DNA of 64,000 nucleotides from Escherichia coli (GTDB lineage Bacteria; Pseudomonadota; Gammaproteobacteria; Enterobacterales; Enterobacteriaceae): NCBI RefSeq assembly GCF_036507355.1, contig NZ_AP027877.1; one strand, 5' to 3'. Shown piece by piece: positions 8,885 to 22,599 of this stretch (position 1 is its first letter; each line of letters starts with the position of its first letter). The notes under the pieces were generated by a model. It saw only the letters and a program-made list of their open reading frames with translations, ran no database searches and was not told where the DNA came from. The position numbers and the translations under genes were made by a program.

Positions 8885-11071
8885 ATGTCCGATCGTATCG
8901 ATAGAGACGTGATTAACGCGCTAATTGCAGGCCATTTTGCGGATCCTTTTTCCGTACTGGGAATGCATAAAACCACCGCGGGACTGGAAGTCCGTGCCCT
9001 TTTACCCGACGCTACCGATGTGTGGGTGATTGAACCGAAAACCGGGCGCAAACTCGCAAAACTGGAGTGTCTCGACTCACGGGGATTCTTTAGCGGCGTC
9101 ATTCCGCGACGTAAGAATTTTTTCCGCTATCAGTTGGCTGTTGTCTGGCATGGTCAGCAAAACCTGATTGATGATCCTTACCGTTTTGGTCCGCTAATCC
9201 AGGAAATGGATGCCTGGCTATTATCTGAAGGTACTCACCTGCGCCCGTATGAAACCTTAGGCGCGCATTCAGATACTATGGATGGCGTCACAGGTACGCG
9301 TTTCTCTGTCTGGGCTCCAAACGCCCGTCGGGTCTCGGTGGTTGGGCAATTCAACTACTGGGACGGTCGCCGTCACCCGATGCGCCTGCGTAAAGAGAGC
9401 GGCATCTGGGAACTGTTTATCCCTGGGGCGCATAACGGTCAGCTCTATAAATACGAGATGATTGATGCCAATGGCAACTTGCGTCTGAAGTCCGACCCTT
9501 ATGCCTTCGAAGCGCAAATGCGCCCGGAAACCGCGTCTCTTATTTGCGGGCTGCCGGAAAAGGTTGTACAGACTGAAGAGCGCAAAAAAGCGAATCAGTT
9601 TGATGCGCCAATCTCTATATATGAAGTTCACCTGGGCTCCTGGCGTCGCCACACCGACAACAATTTCTGGTTGAGCTACCGCGAGCTGGCCGATCAACTG
9701 GTGCCTTATGCTAAATGGATGGGCTTTACTCACCTCGAACTACTGCCCGTTAACGAGCATCCCTTCGATGGCAGTTGGGGTTATCAGCCAACCGGCCTGT
9801 ATGCACCGACCCGCCGTTTTGGTACTCGCGACGACTTCCGTTATTTCATTGATGCCGCACACGCAGCTGGTCTGAACGTGATTCTCGACTGGGTGCCAGG
9901 TCACTTCCCGACTGATGACTTTGCGCTTGCCGAATTTGATGGCACGAACTTGTATGAACACAGCGATCCGCGTGAAGGCTATCATCAGGACTGGAACACG
10001 CTGATCTACAACTATGGTCGCCGTGAAGTCAGTAACTTCCTTGTCGGTAACGCGCTTTACTGGATTGAACGTTTTGGTATTGATGCGCTGCGCGTCGATG
10101 CGGTGGCGTCGATGATTTATCGTGACTACAGCCGTAAAGAGGGGGAGTGGATCCCGAACGAATTTGGCGGGCGCGAGAATCTTGAAGCGATTGAATTCTT
10201 GCGTAATACCAACCGTATTCTTGGTGAGCAGGTTTCCGGTGCGGTGACAATGGCTGAGGAGTCTACCGATTTCCCTGGCGTTTCTCGTCCGCAGGATATG
10301 GGCGGTCTGGGCTTCTGGTACAAGTGGAACCTCGGCTGGATGCATGACACCCTGGACTACATGAAGCTCGACCCGGTTTATCGTCAGTATCATCACGATA
10401 AACTGACTTTTGGGATGCTCTACAACTACACTGAAAACTTCGTCCTGCCGTTGTCGCATGATGAAGTGGTCCACGGTAAAAAATCGATTCTCGACCGGAT
10501 GCCGGGCGACGCATGGCAGAAATTCGCTAACCTGCGCGCCTACTATGGCTGGATGTGGGCATTCCCGGGCAAGAAACTGCTGTTCATGGGGAACGAATTT
10601 GCCCAGGGCCGCGAGTGGAACCATGACGCCAGCCTCGACTGGCATCTGTTGGAAGGCGGCGATAACTGGCACCACGGTGTCCAGCGTCTGGTGCGCGATC
10701 TGAACCTCACCTACCGCCACCATAAAGCGATGCATGAACTGGATTTTGACCCGTACGGCTTTGAATGGCTGGTGGTGGATGACAAAGAACGCTCGGTGCT
10801 TATCTTTGTGCGTCGCGATAAAGAGGGTAACGAAATCATCGTTGCCAGTAACTTTACGCCGGTGCCGCGTCATGATTATCGCTTCGGCATTAATCAGCCG
10901 GGCAAATGGCGTGAGATCCTCAATACCGATTCCATGCACTATCACGGCAGTAATGCAGGCAATGGCGGCACGGTACACAGCGATGAGATTGCCAGCCACG
11001 GTCGTCAGCATTCACTAAGCCTGACGCTACCACCGCTGGCCACTATCTGGCTGGTTCGGGAGGCAGAATGA
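8885..11071 (+). CDS. glgB: 1,4-alpha-glucan branching enzyme
   Basis: 728-aa ORF; GH13 motifs; head of the glg operon. Confidence 0.95.
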   Translation: MSDRIDRDVINALIAGHFADPFSVLGMHKTTAGLEVRALLPDATDVWVIEPKTGRKLAKLECLDSRGFFSGVIPRRKNFFRYQLAVVWHGQQNLIDDPYRFGPLIQEMDAWLLSEGTHLRPYETLGAHSDTMDGVTGTRFSVWAPNARRVSVVGQFNYWDGRRHPMRLRKESGIWELFIPGAHNGQLYKYEMIDANGNLRLKSDPYAFEAQMRPETASLICGLPEKVVQTEERKKANQFDAPISIYEVHLGSWRRHTDNNFWLSYRELADQLVPYAKWMGFTHLELLPVNEHPFDGSWGYQPTGLYAPTRRFGTRDDFRYFIDAAHAAGLNVILDWVPGHFPTDDFALAEFDGTNLYEHSDPREGYHQDWNTLIYNYGRREVSNFLVGNALYWIERFGIDALRVDAVASMIYRDYSRKEGEWIPNEFGGRENLEAIEFLRNTNRILGEQVSGAVTMAEESTDFPGVSRPQDMGGLGFWYKWNLGWMHDTLDYMKLDPVYRQYHHDKLTFGMLYNYTENFVLPLSHDEVVHGKKSILDRMPGDAWQKFANLRAYYGWMWAFPGKKLLFMGNEFAQGREWNHDASLDWHLLEGGDNWHHGVQRLVRDLNLTYRHHKAMHELDFDPYGFEWLVVDDKERSVLIFVRRDKEGNEIIVASNFTPVPRHDYRFGINQPGKWREILNTDSMHYHGSNAGNGGTVHSDEIASHGRQHSLSLTLPPLATIWLVREAE

Positions 11072-13041
11072 CACAACTCGCCATTGGCAAACCCACTCCC
11101 CTCGGCGCGCATTACGACGGTCAGGGCGTCAACTTCACACTTTTCTCCGCTCATGCCGAGCGGGTAGAGCTGTGTGTCTTTGACGCCAATGGCCAGGAAC
11201 ATCGCTATGACTTGCCAGGGCACAGTGGCGACATTTGGCACGGTTATCTGCCGGATGCGCGCCCGGGTTTGCGTTATGGTTATCGCGTTCATGGCCCCTG
11301 GCAACCCGCCGAGGGGCATCGCTTTAACCCGGCGAAGTTGTTGATTGATCCTTGCGCGCGGCAAATTGACGGGGAATTTAAAGATAACCCGCTGCTGCAC
11401 GCCGGTCATAATGAACCTGACTATCGCGACAACGCCGCCATTGCGCCGAAATGCGTAGTGGTGGTTGATCACTATGACTGGGAAGATGATGCTCCGCCGC
11501 GCACGCCGTGGGGCAGCACCATCATTTATGAAGCCCATGTCAAAGGATTAACGTACCTGCACCCGGAGATCCCGGTCGAGATCCGTGGCACTTATAAAGC
11601 CCTCGGGCATCCAGTGATGATCAACTATTTGAAACAGTTGGGCATTACCGCGCTGGAACTGCTGCCGGTGGCGCAGTTTGCCAGTGAACCACGTCTGCAA
11701 CGCATGGGACTAAGTAACTACTGGGGTTACAACCCGGTGGCGATGTTTGCGCTGCATCCGGCGTATGCCTGCTCGCCAGAAACGGCGCTGGATGAGTTTC
11801 GCGATGCAATCAAAGCACTGCATAAAGCGGGTATCGAAGTCATTCTTGATATCGTGCTCAACCATAGTGCGGAACTGGACCTCGACGGCCCGTTATTCTC
11901 GCTGCGTGGGATCGACAACCGTAGCTATTATTGGATAAGAGAAGACGGCGATTATCACAACTGGACCGGTTGTGGCAACACGCTCAATTTGAGTCACCCG
12001 GCGGTGGTGGATTATGCCAGCGCCTGCCTGCGTTATTGGGTAGAAACCTGCCACGTCGATGGTTTCCGCTTTGATCTGGCGGCAGTCATGGGCCGTACGC
12101 CAGAGTTCCGTCAGGATGCGCCGTTGTTTACCGCTATCCAGAACTGCCCGGTGCTCTCGCAGGTGAAGTTAATTGCTGAACCGTGGGATATCGCTCCTGG
12201 TGGTTATCAGGTGGGAAATTTCCCGCCGCTGTTTGCCGAGTGGAACGATCATTTCCGCGATGCTGCCCGTCGTTTCTGGCTGCATTATGATTTGCCTCTG
12301 GGGGCGTTTGCCGGGCGTTTTGCTGCCTCCAGCGATGTTTTTAAACGTAATGGTCGTCTGCCGAGTGCCGCGATTAATCTCGTCACCGCGCATGACGGTT
12401 TTACGCTTCGCGACTGCGTTTGTTTCAACCATAAACACAATGAAGCAAACGGAGAAGAAAATCGCGACGGGACCAACAACAATTACAGTAACAATCATGG
12501 TAAAGAAGGGTTAGGCGGTTCTCTTGACCTGGTTGAACGGCGGCGCGACAGCATTCATGCCCTGTTAACAACGTTGTTGCTCTCCCAGGGTACGCCGATG
12601 TTACTGGCCGGTGACGAACATGGTCACAGCCAGCATGGCAATAACAATGCCTACTGTCAGGATAACCAATTAACCTGGTTGGACTGGTCGCAGGCAAGCA
12701 GTGGTTTAACCGCATTTACCGCCGCGTTAATCCATCTGCGCAAGCGTATTCCCGCTTTGGTGGAGAATCGCTGGTGGGAAGAAGGCGACGGCAATGTCCG
12801 TTGGCTAAATCGATATGCTCAACCCTTAAGCACGGATGAGTGGCAAAACGGGCCGAAACAGCTGCAAATTCTGCTCTCGGATCGCTTTTTGATCGCAATT
12901 AACGCCACGCTTGAGGTAACAGAGATTGTTTTACCTGCTGGGGAGTGGCACGCCATTCCCCCATTCGCTGGAGAGGATAACCCAGTGATTACGGCTGTCT
13001 GGCAGGGACCTGCACACGGATTGTGTGTGTTCCAGAGATGA
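11068..13041 (+). CDS. glgX: Glycogen debranching enzyme
   Basis: 657-aa ORF; start overlaps the glgB stop (ATGA). Confidence 0.95.
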
Positions 13042-13058
13042 TAAAAAAGGAGTTAGTC
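13008..13058 (+). promoter_or_regulatory. glgC leader with CsrA binding elements (hairpin cacacGGAttgtgtg with GGA in the loop, plus the SD aaggag)
   Basis: Hairpin at 13013-13027 and SD at 13047-13052 directly upstream of the glgC ATG; known CsrA target architecture. Confidence 0.6.
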
Positions 13059-14354
13059 ATGGTTAGTTTAGAGAAGAACGATCACTTAATGTTGGCGCGC
13101 CAGCTGCCATTGAAATCTGTTGCCCTGATACTGGCGGGAGGACGTGGTACCCGCCTGAAGGATTTAACCAATAAGCGAGCAAAACCGGCCGTACACTTCG
13201 GCGGTAAGTTCCGCATTATCGACTTTGCGCTGTCTAACTGCATCAACTCCGGGATCCGTCGTATGGGCGTGATCACCCAGTACCAGTCTCACACTCTGGT
13301 GCAGCACATTCAGCGCGGCTGGTCATTCTTCAATGAAGAAATGAACGAGTTTGTCGATCTGCTGCCAGCGCAGCAGAGAATGAAAGGGGAAAACTGGTAT
13401 CGCGGCACCGCAGATGCTGTCACCCAAAACCTCGACATTATCCGTCGTTATAAAGCGGAATACGTGGTGATCCTGGCGGGCGACCATATCTACAAGCAAG
13501 ACTACTCGCGTATGCTTATCGATCACGTCGAAAAAGGCGCACGTTGCACCGTTGCTTGTATGCCAGTACCGATTGAAGAAGCCTCCGCATTTGGCGTTAT
13601 GGCGGTTGATGAGAACGATAAAATTATCGAATTCGTTGAAAAACCTGCTAACCCACCGTCAATGCCGAACGATCCGAGCAAATCTCTGGCGAGTATGGGT
13701 ATCTACGTCTTTGACGCCGACTATCTGTATGAACTGCTGGAAGAAGACGATCGCGATGAGAACTCCAGCCATGACTTTGGCAAAGATTTGATTCCCAAGA
13801 TCACCGAAGCCGGTCTGGCCTATGCGCACCCGTTTCCGCTCTCTTGCGTACAATCCGACCCGGATGCCGAGCCGTACTGGCGCGATGTGGGTACGCTGGA
13901 AGCTTACTGGAAAGCGAACCTCGATCTGGCCTCTGTGGTGCCGGAGCTGGATATGTACGATCGCAATTGGCCAATTCGCACCTACAATGAATCATTACCG
14001 CCAGCGAAATTCGTGCAGGATCGCTCCGGTAGCCACGGGATGACCCTTAACTCACTGGTTTCCGGCGGTTGTGTGATCTCCGGTTCGGTGGTGGTGCAGT
14101 CCGTTCTGTTCTCGCGCGTTCGCGTGAATTCATTCTGCAACATTGATTCCGCCGTATTGTTACCGGAAGTATGGGTAGGTCGCTCGTGCCGTCTGCGCCG
14201 CTGCGTCATTGATCGTGCTTGTGTTATTCCGGAAGGCATGGTGATTGGTGAAAACGCAGAGGAAGATGCACGTCGTTTCTATCGTTCAGAAGAAGGCATC
14301 GTGCTGGTAACGCGCGAAATGCTACGGAAGTTAGGGCATAAACAGGAGCGATAA
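13059..14354 (+). CDS. glgC: Glucose-1-phosphate adenylyltransferase
   Basis: Matches Glg[21 protein letters not shown]...; 431 aa. Confidence 0.95.
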
Positions 14355-15787
14355 TGCAGGTTTTACATGTATGTTCAGAGATGTTCCCGCTGCTTAAAAC
14401 CGGCGGTCTGGCTGATGTTATTGGGGCATTACCCGCAGCACAAATCGCAGACGGCGTTGACGCTCGCGTACTGTTGCCTGCATTTCCCGATATTCGCCGT
14501 GGCGTGACCGATGCGCAGGTAGTATCCCGTCGTGATACCTTCGCCGGGCATATCACGCTGTTGTTCGGTCATTACAACGGGGTTGGCATATACCTGATTG
14601 ACGCGCCGCATCTCTATGATCGTCCGGGAAGCCCGTATCACGATACCAACTTATTTGCCTATACCGACAACGTATTGCGTTTTGCGCTACTGGGGTGGGT
14701 TGGGGCAGAAATGGCCAGTGGGCTTGACCCATTCTGGCGTCCTGATGTGGTGCATGCGCACGACTGGCATGCAGGCCTTGCGCCTGCGTATCTGGCGGCG
14801 CGCGGGCGTCCGGCGAAGTCGGTGTTTACTGTGCACAACCTGGCCTATCAAGGCATGTTTTATGCACATCACATGAATGACATCCAATTGCCATGGTCAT
14901 TCTTTAATATTCATGGGCTGGAATTCAACGGACAAATCTCTTTCCTGAAGGCCGGTCTGTACTATGCCGATCACATTACGGCGGTCAGTCCAACCTACGC
15001 TCGCGAGATCACCGAACCGCAGTTTGCCTACGGTATGGAAGGTCTGTTGCAACAGCGTCACCGTGAAGGGCGTCTTTCCGGCGTACTGAACGGCGTGGAC
15101 GAGAAAATCTGGAGTCCAGAGACGGACTTACTATTGGCCTCGCGTTACACCCGCGATACGTTGGAAGATAAAGCGGAAAATAAGCGCCAGTTACAAATCG
15201 CAATGGGGCTTAAGGTTGACGATAAAGTGCCGCTTTTTGCAGTGGTGAGCCGTCTGACCAGCCAGAAAGGCCTCGACCTGGTGCTGGAGGCCTTACCGGG
15301 TCTTCTGGAGCAGGGCGGGCAGCTGGCGCTACTCGGCGCGGGCGATCCGGTGCTGCAGGAAGGTTTCCTTGCGGCGGCAGCGGAATACCCCGGCCAGGTG
15401 GGCGTTCAGATTGGCTATCACGAAGCATTTTCGCATCGCATTATGGGCGGTGCGGACGTCATTCTGGTGCCCAGCCGTTTTGAACCGTGCGGCTTAACGC
15501 AACTTTATGGATTGAAGTACGGTACGCTGCCGTTAGTGCGGCGCACCGGTGGGCTTGCTGATACGGTTTCTGACTGTTCTCTTGAGAACCTTGCAGATGG
15601 CGTCGCCAGTGGGTTTGTCTTTGAAGATAGTAATGCCTGGTCGCTGTTACGGGCTATTCGACGTGCTTTTGTACTGTGGTCCCGTCCTTCACTGTGGCGG
15701 TTTGTGCAACGTCAGGCTATGGCAATGGATTTTAGCTGGCAGGTCGCGGCGAAGTCGTACCGTGAGCTTTACTATCGCTTGAAATAG
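14354..15787 (+). CDS. glgA: Glycogen synthase
   Basis: 477-aa ORF; KTGGL motif; start overlaps the glgC stop. Confidence 0.95.
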
Positions 15788-18253
<2,466 letters not shown>

Positions 18254-18270
18254 TTTCACCAATAAATAGA

Positions 18271-18298
18271 ACGGGGCCAAAGGGTCCCGTTTTTTTTC
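18271..18298 (+). terminator. Intrinsic terminator after glgP (acggggcc aaag ggtcccgt + T7)
   Basis: GC-rich hairpin followed by ttttttt. Confidence 0.75.
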
Positions 18299-18369
18299 GC
18301 CATCATTTCGGAAAAGTGTCCAGAAGGGGCAAGGGGACTCGGGGAGTATAATTTCGCCATTCAGAAAGA

Positions 18370-19887
18370 ATGGAAAGAATAATGCAAAACAGAAAATGGA
18401 TTTTGTCCTCGCTGGTAATGACTTTTTTCGGCATCCCCATACTGACGCAATTTTTGGCGGCGGTTGTTGCTATGCTGGGTGTCGGACTTGCCGGTATTAT
18501 TGAAGTTTGTAATATCCTTATCACGCCAACAATTTACCTTCTGCTCAACATTTTTATGCTGGCGCTGGGCGCATTAATGCTATTTTTCTCGGGGCGAGTA
18601 TGGGCAGGCGATAGTGCACCAGAAAAAAGAGAAATAGCCGTCTGGCGGCAATGCTTTTTTCTCTTACCCGCGCTATTAACCCTGGTTGGCTGGATAATCA
18701 CGCTACATCTGGCAGATTATCAATTTCGCCAGATGGGAGCTGGTTGGTTGGCAAACCTTATGCTTCCCTGGTTGGGCGTTTTTTTAGTCTCATTAGTGGG
18801 TGGTGAGTACTGGTGGATGGTCATTATTCCCGTTGGGGCGCATATCAGTTTTTCGCTGGGATACGCCTGGCCGACCAGATATCCTTTATCCGGCACGTCC
18901 GGACTACGTTGCCGTAACTTACTCCTGTTTCTACTTCTCTTACTTGGTATTGTCGCCGGGTATCAGGCCCATTTATATAAGCAGCAAAATCCTGGTGTCG
19001 GTGTACGCGAAAATATTGATATCTGGGCCTGGCGACCCGATAAACTCAATAATCGACTGACGCCGCTGCGTGGCAAACCGCAAATTCAGTTTAGGCAAAA
19101 CTGGCCGCGAATCGATGGCGCCACGGCTGCGTACCCAATTTATGCTTCTGCATTTTATGCATTAAGCGTAATACCAGAGGATTTTCACGTTTGGGATTAT
19201 CTGGAAAACTCTCGTACGCCAGAAGCATATAACAAAATCGTTAAGGGCGATGCTGATATTATTTTCGTGGCGCAACCTTCTGGTGGGCAAAAAAAACGTG
19301 CAAAGGAATCTGGTGTCACTTTGCTGTACACCCCCTTTGCCCGTGAAGCATTCGTTTTCATCGTCAATGCGGATAATCCGGTTAATTCCCTGACTGAACA
19401 ACAGGTGCGTGACATTTTCAGTGGTGCAATTACCAATTGGCGTACTGTTGGCGGTAACGATCAGGAGATCCAGACCTGGCAGCGCCCGGAAGACTCTGGC
19501 AGCCAGACAGTGATGCAATCACAGGTCATGAAAAATGTCCGCATGATCTCGCCGCAGGAAACGGAAGTGGCAAGCGTGATGGAGGGAATGATTAAAGTCG
19601 TTGCCGAATACCGTAATACAAACAACGCAATAGGCTATACCTTCCGCTATTACGCGACGCAAATGAATGCTGATAAAAATATAAAATTGCTAGCGATTAA
19701 CGATATTACACCGACGGCGGAAAACATTCGCAACGGCAAATATGCGTACATCGTCGATGCATTTATGGTAACGAGGGAAAATACGACGTCAGAGACACAA
19801 AAATTGGTGGAATGGTTTTTAACGCCGCAGGGGCAGAGTTTGGTGGAAGATGTGGGATATGTGCCGATGTATCCAACAATGGAATAA
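18370..19887 (+). CDS. Polytopic membrane protein (about 6-7 predicted TM helices, residues ~1-200) fused to a C-terminal PstS-like (type-2 periplasmic binding protein fold) domain; function unknown
   Basis: 505-aa ORF. N-terminus hydrophobic throughout; C-terminal ~280 aa carry PstS-like motifs (QRPEDSGSQT, AIGYTFRYYAT). Alternative start at 18382 has the better SD (ggaaag). -10-like tataat at 18346-18351. Confidence 0.7.
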   Translation: MERIMQNRKWILSSLVMTFFGIPILTQFLAAVVAMLGVGLAGIIEVCNILITPTIYLLLNIFMLALGALMLFFSGRVWAGDSAPEKREIAVWRQCFFLLPALLTLVGWIITLHLADYQFRQMGAGWLANLMLPWLGVFLVSLVGGEYWWMVIIPVGAHISFSLGYAWPTRYPLSGTSGLRCRNLLLFLLLLLGIVAGYQAHLYKQQNPGVGVRENIDIWAWRPDKLNNRLTPLRGKPQIQFRQNWPRIDGATAAYPIYASAFYALSVIPEDFHVWDYLENSRTPEAYNKIVKGDADIIFVAQPSGGQKKRAKESGVTLLYTPFAREAFVFIVNADNPVNSLTEQQVRDIFSGAITNWRTVGGNDQEIQTWQRPEDSGSQTVMQSQVMKNVRMISPQETEVASVMEGMIKVVAEYRNTNNAIGYTFRYYATQMNADKNIKLLAINDITPTAENIRNGKYAYIVDAFMVTRENTTSETQKLVEWFLTPQGQSLVEDVGYVPMYPTME

Positions 19888-20905
19888 CGCTCGAGAGAAA
19901 GGAATCAGCGAGACGAATAAATTCACCGGTGTTTTACTATTAGGCACGGCGTTACTGGCGGGATGTGTCGACCGGGAAGGGTACTATAACAGCGTCAGGG
20001 AAGAAGAGAGCCATGGACTGACGTCTCTGCGGGGGCAACCTGCATTACGTTACAGCGATGATTGGTCAAGATGGCCGAGAGTGTACGGCGCTACAGCCTT
20101 ATACCCGCTGTATGCCTCCGCGTATTATAAATTAGTACCCGAGCCAAAAGATAAGGATCGAACCTCGCTGGCCTGGCAGGCGTATGGTTTGCAGCAAACC
20201 CGAACAGCTGAAGCCTACGATAGTCTGATTAAAGGTTCCGCGACGGTTATTTTTGTTGCACAACCGTCGGAAGGACAGAAAAAACGTGCAGAAGAAGCGG
20301 GTGTTAAACTGAAATATACCGCTTTCGCCCGCGAAGCCTTTGTCTTTATCGTTGATATTAATAACCCGGTAAATTCTCTCTCTGAGCACCAGGTTAAAGA
20401 TATTTTTAGCGGCAAAACTAGCCGCTGGAATAAAGTAGGTGGTAGTGACGAACATATAAAAGTCTGGCAGCGCCCTGAAGATTCTGGAAGCCAAACGATT
20501 ATGAAGGGGTTGGTTATGCAAGACACCCCAATGCTGCCAGCTAAAAAATCCACTGTGATTGATCTTATGGGCGGTTTAATTACTGAAGTTGCCGACTATC
20601 AAAACACGCCATCTTCCATTGGGTACACCTTCCACTATTACGTCACTCGTATGAATGACAATATGCTCAAAATGCGCAAGCAGATTAAACTTTTGGCTAT
20701 AAATGGCGTTGCGCCTACCGAGGAAAATATCCGCAACGGCACTTATCCATACATTGTGGATGCCTATATGGTGACGCGTGAAAATCCCACGCCGGAAACG
20801 CAGAAATTTGTTGACTGGTTTATAAGTCAGCAGGGGCAACAGTTGGTAGAGGATGTGGGGTATGTGCCGCTGTATGAAGCATCCCCCGAATCATCAGGAC
20901 AATAA
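19850..20905 (+). CDS. PstS-like substrate-binding lipoprotein, paralogue of the upstream gene's C-terminal domain; start uncertain
   Basis: 351-aa ORF; lipobox LLAG|C about 35 residues in; strong similarity to the C-terminal domain of the upstream gene (FVAQPSEGQKKRAEEAGV..., QRPEDSGSQT, IGYTFHYY); 5' end overlaps the upstream gene by 38 nt. Confidence 0.7.
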   Translation: MWDMCRCIQQWNNAREKGISETNKFTGVLLLGTALLAGCVDREGYYNSVREEESHGLTSLRGQPALRYSDDWSRWPRVYGATALYPLYASAYYKLVPEPKDKDRTSLAWQAYGLQQTRTAEAYDSLIKGSATVIFVAQPSEGQKKRAEEAGVKLKYTAFAREAFVFIVDINNPVNSLSEHQVKDIFSGKTSRWNKVGGSDEHIKVWQRPEDSGSQTIMKGLVMQDTPMLPAKKSTVIDLMGGLITEVADYQNTPSSIGYTFHYYVTRMNDNMLKMRKQIKLLAINGVAPTEENIRNGTYPYIVDAYMVTRENPTPETQKFVDWFISQQGQQLVEDVGYVPLYEASPESSGQ

Positions 20906-21442
20906 TGATGAATATAATCAGACTTTATATTTATCCGTTATTTCTCGGCTTTGTTATTGTGCCGTTGTTGGTGTGGCCGATGGTGGTTGCGCTGGCTGCT
21001 TGTATTATCACGCTGAGTTTTCTGGGGGAAATGCTGTTCTCAATCCCGCTCATGATCAGGCGTATTTCACTTCTGCAATTACAACTTTGGTTATCGGCTG
21101 AATATGCGCTTTTCTTCTGTGTAATGTGTTGCGTTGGTTGGCAATTTACTCGTAGAACTCAATCTGAATTGAAAAGCAGGCTCCATTGTTGGTTGGTATT
21201 CGCACCGGTCTATTTATGGTTGATCCTCTGGAATATCATTTTTTACATCGCGCCAGCGAAAATTGCGTTGCTGGAAAGTATCCGCAATTTCTTTCTGCTT
21301 GTTGTCTGGCTACCCCTGAATTTTTCGCCATTTTGGCCTCAGCCGTGGACGGATTTTATCGGTCCAATAAGCGCACAGTGAGGTAGCCTGAGTTTAACGG
21401 ACACTCCTTCCTGAAATAGAATGGCATCAGAAGGAGCTAATA

Positions 21443-21745
21443 ATGAGCAGAAAAACCCAACGTTACTCTAAAGAGTTCAAAGCCGAAGCTGTCAGAACGG
21501 TTCTTGAAAATCAACTTTCGATCAGTGAAGGCGCTTCCCGATTATCTCTTCCTGAAGGCACTTTAGGACAATGGGTTACCGCCGCCAGAAAAGGGCTCGG
21601 TACTCCTGGTTCCCGCACGGTGGCTGAACTGGAATCTGAAATTCTGCAACTGCGTAAGGCGTTAAATGAAGCTCGCCTTGAGCGAGATATATTAAAAAAA
21701 GCAACAGCGTATTTTGCACAGGAGTCGCTGAAAAATACGCGTTAA
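21443..21745 (+). CDS. IS3-family transposase OrfA (HTH DNA-binding)
   Basis: 100-aa ORF MSRKTQRYSKEFKAEAVRTV... with a leucine-zipper-like C-terminus. Confidence 0.85.
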   Translation: MSRKTQRYSKEFKAEAVRTVLENQLSISEGASRLSLPEGTLGQWVTAARKGLGTPGSRTVAELESEILQLRKALNEARLERDILKKATAYFAQESLKNTR

Positions 21746-22599
21746 TCGAACAATGGCGACAACAATTTCCCATTGAAGCGATGTGTCAGGTATTTGGTGT
21801 ATCCAGGAGCGGTTATTACAACTGGGTACAGCATGAACCCTCAGACAGAAAACAAAGTGATGAGCGGCTAAAACTGGAGATTAAGGTGGCACATATCCGC
21901 ACTCGCGAAACATATGGAACCCGGCGGCTCCAGACGGAGCTGGCAGAGAATGGCATCATCGTTGGTCGTGACCGACTGGCACGTCTTCGTAAGGAGCTAA
22001 GGCTACGCTGTAAGCAGAAACGCAAGTTCAGAGCGACTACGAACTCGAACCACAATCTGCCAGTTGCGCCAAATCTGCTGAACCAGACGTTCGCTCCTAC
22101 AGCACCAAATCAGGTCTGGGTGGCGGACCTGACGTATGTTGCCACACAGGAGGGATGGTTGTACCTCGCTGGCATCAAAGATGTTTATACGTGCGAAATT
22201 GTCGGCTACGCCATGGGAGAGCGCATGACAAAAGAGCTGACAGGTAAAGCCCTGTTTATGGCGCTCAGGAGCCAGCGCCCACCTGCCGGGCTAATCCACC
22301 ACTCTGATCGAGGTTCACAGTACTGCGCATACGATTACCGGGTCATACAGGAGCAGTTTGGTCTGAAAACATCAATGTCGCGTAAAGGTAACTGTTACGA
22401 CAACGCTCCGATGGAAAGCTTCTGGGGAACGCTGAAAAATGAGAGCCTGAGCCACTATCGTTTTAATAACCGGGATGAAGCCATCTCAGTAATACGGGAA
22501 TACATTGAGATTTTCTACAATCGTCAGCGTCGTCACTCTCGTCTGGGGAATATCTCCCCGGCAGCCTTCAGGGAAAAATATCATCAGATGGCTGCTTAA
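21700..22599 (+). CDS. IS3-family transposase OrfB (DDE catalytic domain), expressed as an OrfAB fusion by -1 frameshifting; first in-frame ATG at 21781
   Basis: The -1 frame is open from 21700; motifs D...D...E (VWVADLTYV, HHSDRGSQY, CYDNAPMESFWGTLK); slippery A7G run at 21694-21701 inside orfA. Confidence 0.8.
   Translation, partial: SNSVFCTGVAEKYALIEQWRQQFPIEAMCQVFGVSRSGYYNWVQHEPSDRKQSDERLKLEIKVAHIRTRETYGTRRLQTELAENGIIVGRDRLARLRKELRLRCKQKRKFRATTNSNHNLPVAPNLLNQTFAPTAPNQVWVADLTYVATQEGWLYLAGIKDVYTCEIVGYAMGERMTKELTGKALFMALRSQRPPAGLIHHSDRGSQYCAYDYRVIQEQFGLKTSMSRKGNCYDNAPMESFWGTLKNESLSHYRFNNRDEAISVIREYIEIFYNRQRRHSRLGNISPAAFREKYHQMAA

Noticed and set aside
9740-11011. 423-aa ORF on the minus strand inside glgB
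   Set aside because: Antisense shadow ORF within a well-supported gene; no start context and no recognisable domain.
18300-18369. Pho box upstream of the PstS-like cluster
   Set aside because: No CTGTCAT-type direct repeats are visible upstream of gene A, so Pho regulation cannot be claimed from sequence.
18303-18524. 73-aa minus-strand ORF overlapping the start of accessory gene A
   Set aside because: Antisense to the much longer, motif-bearing plus-strand gene.
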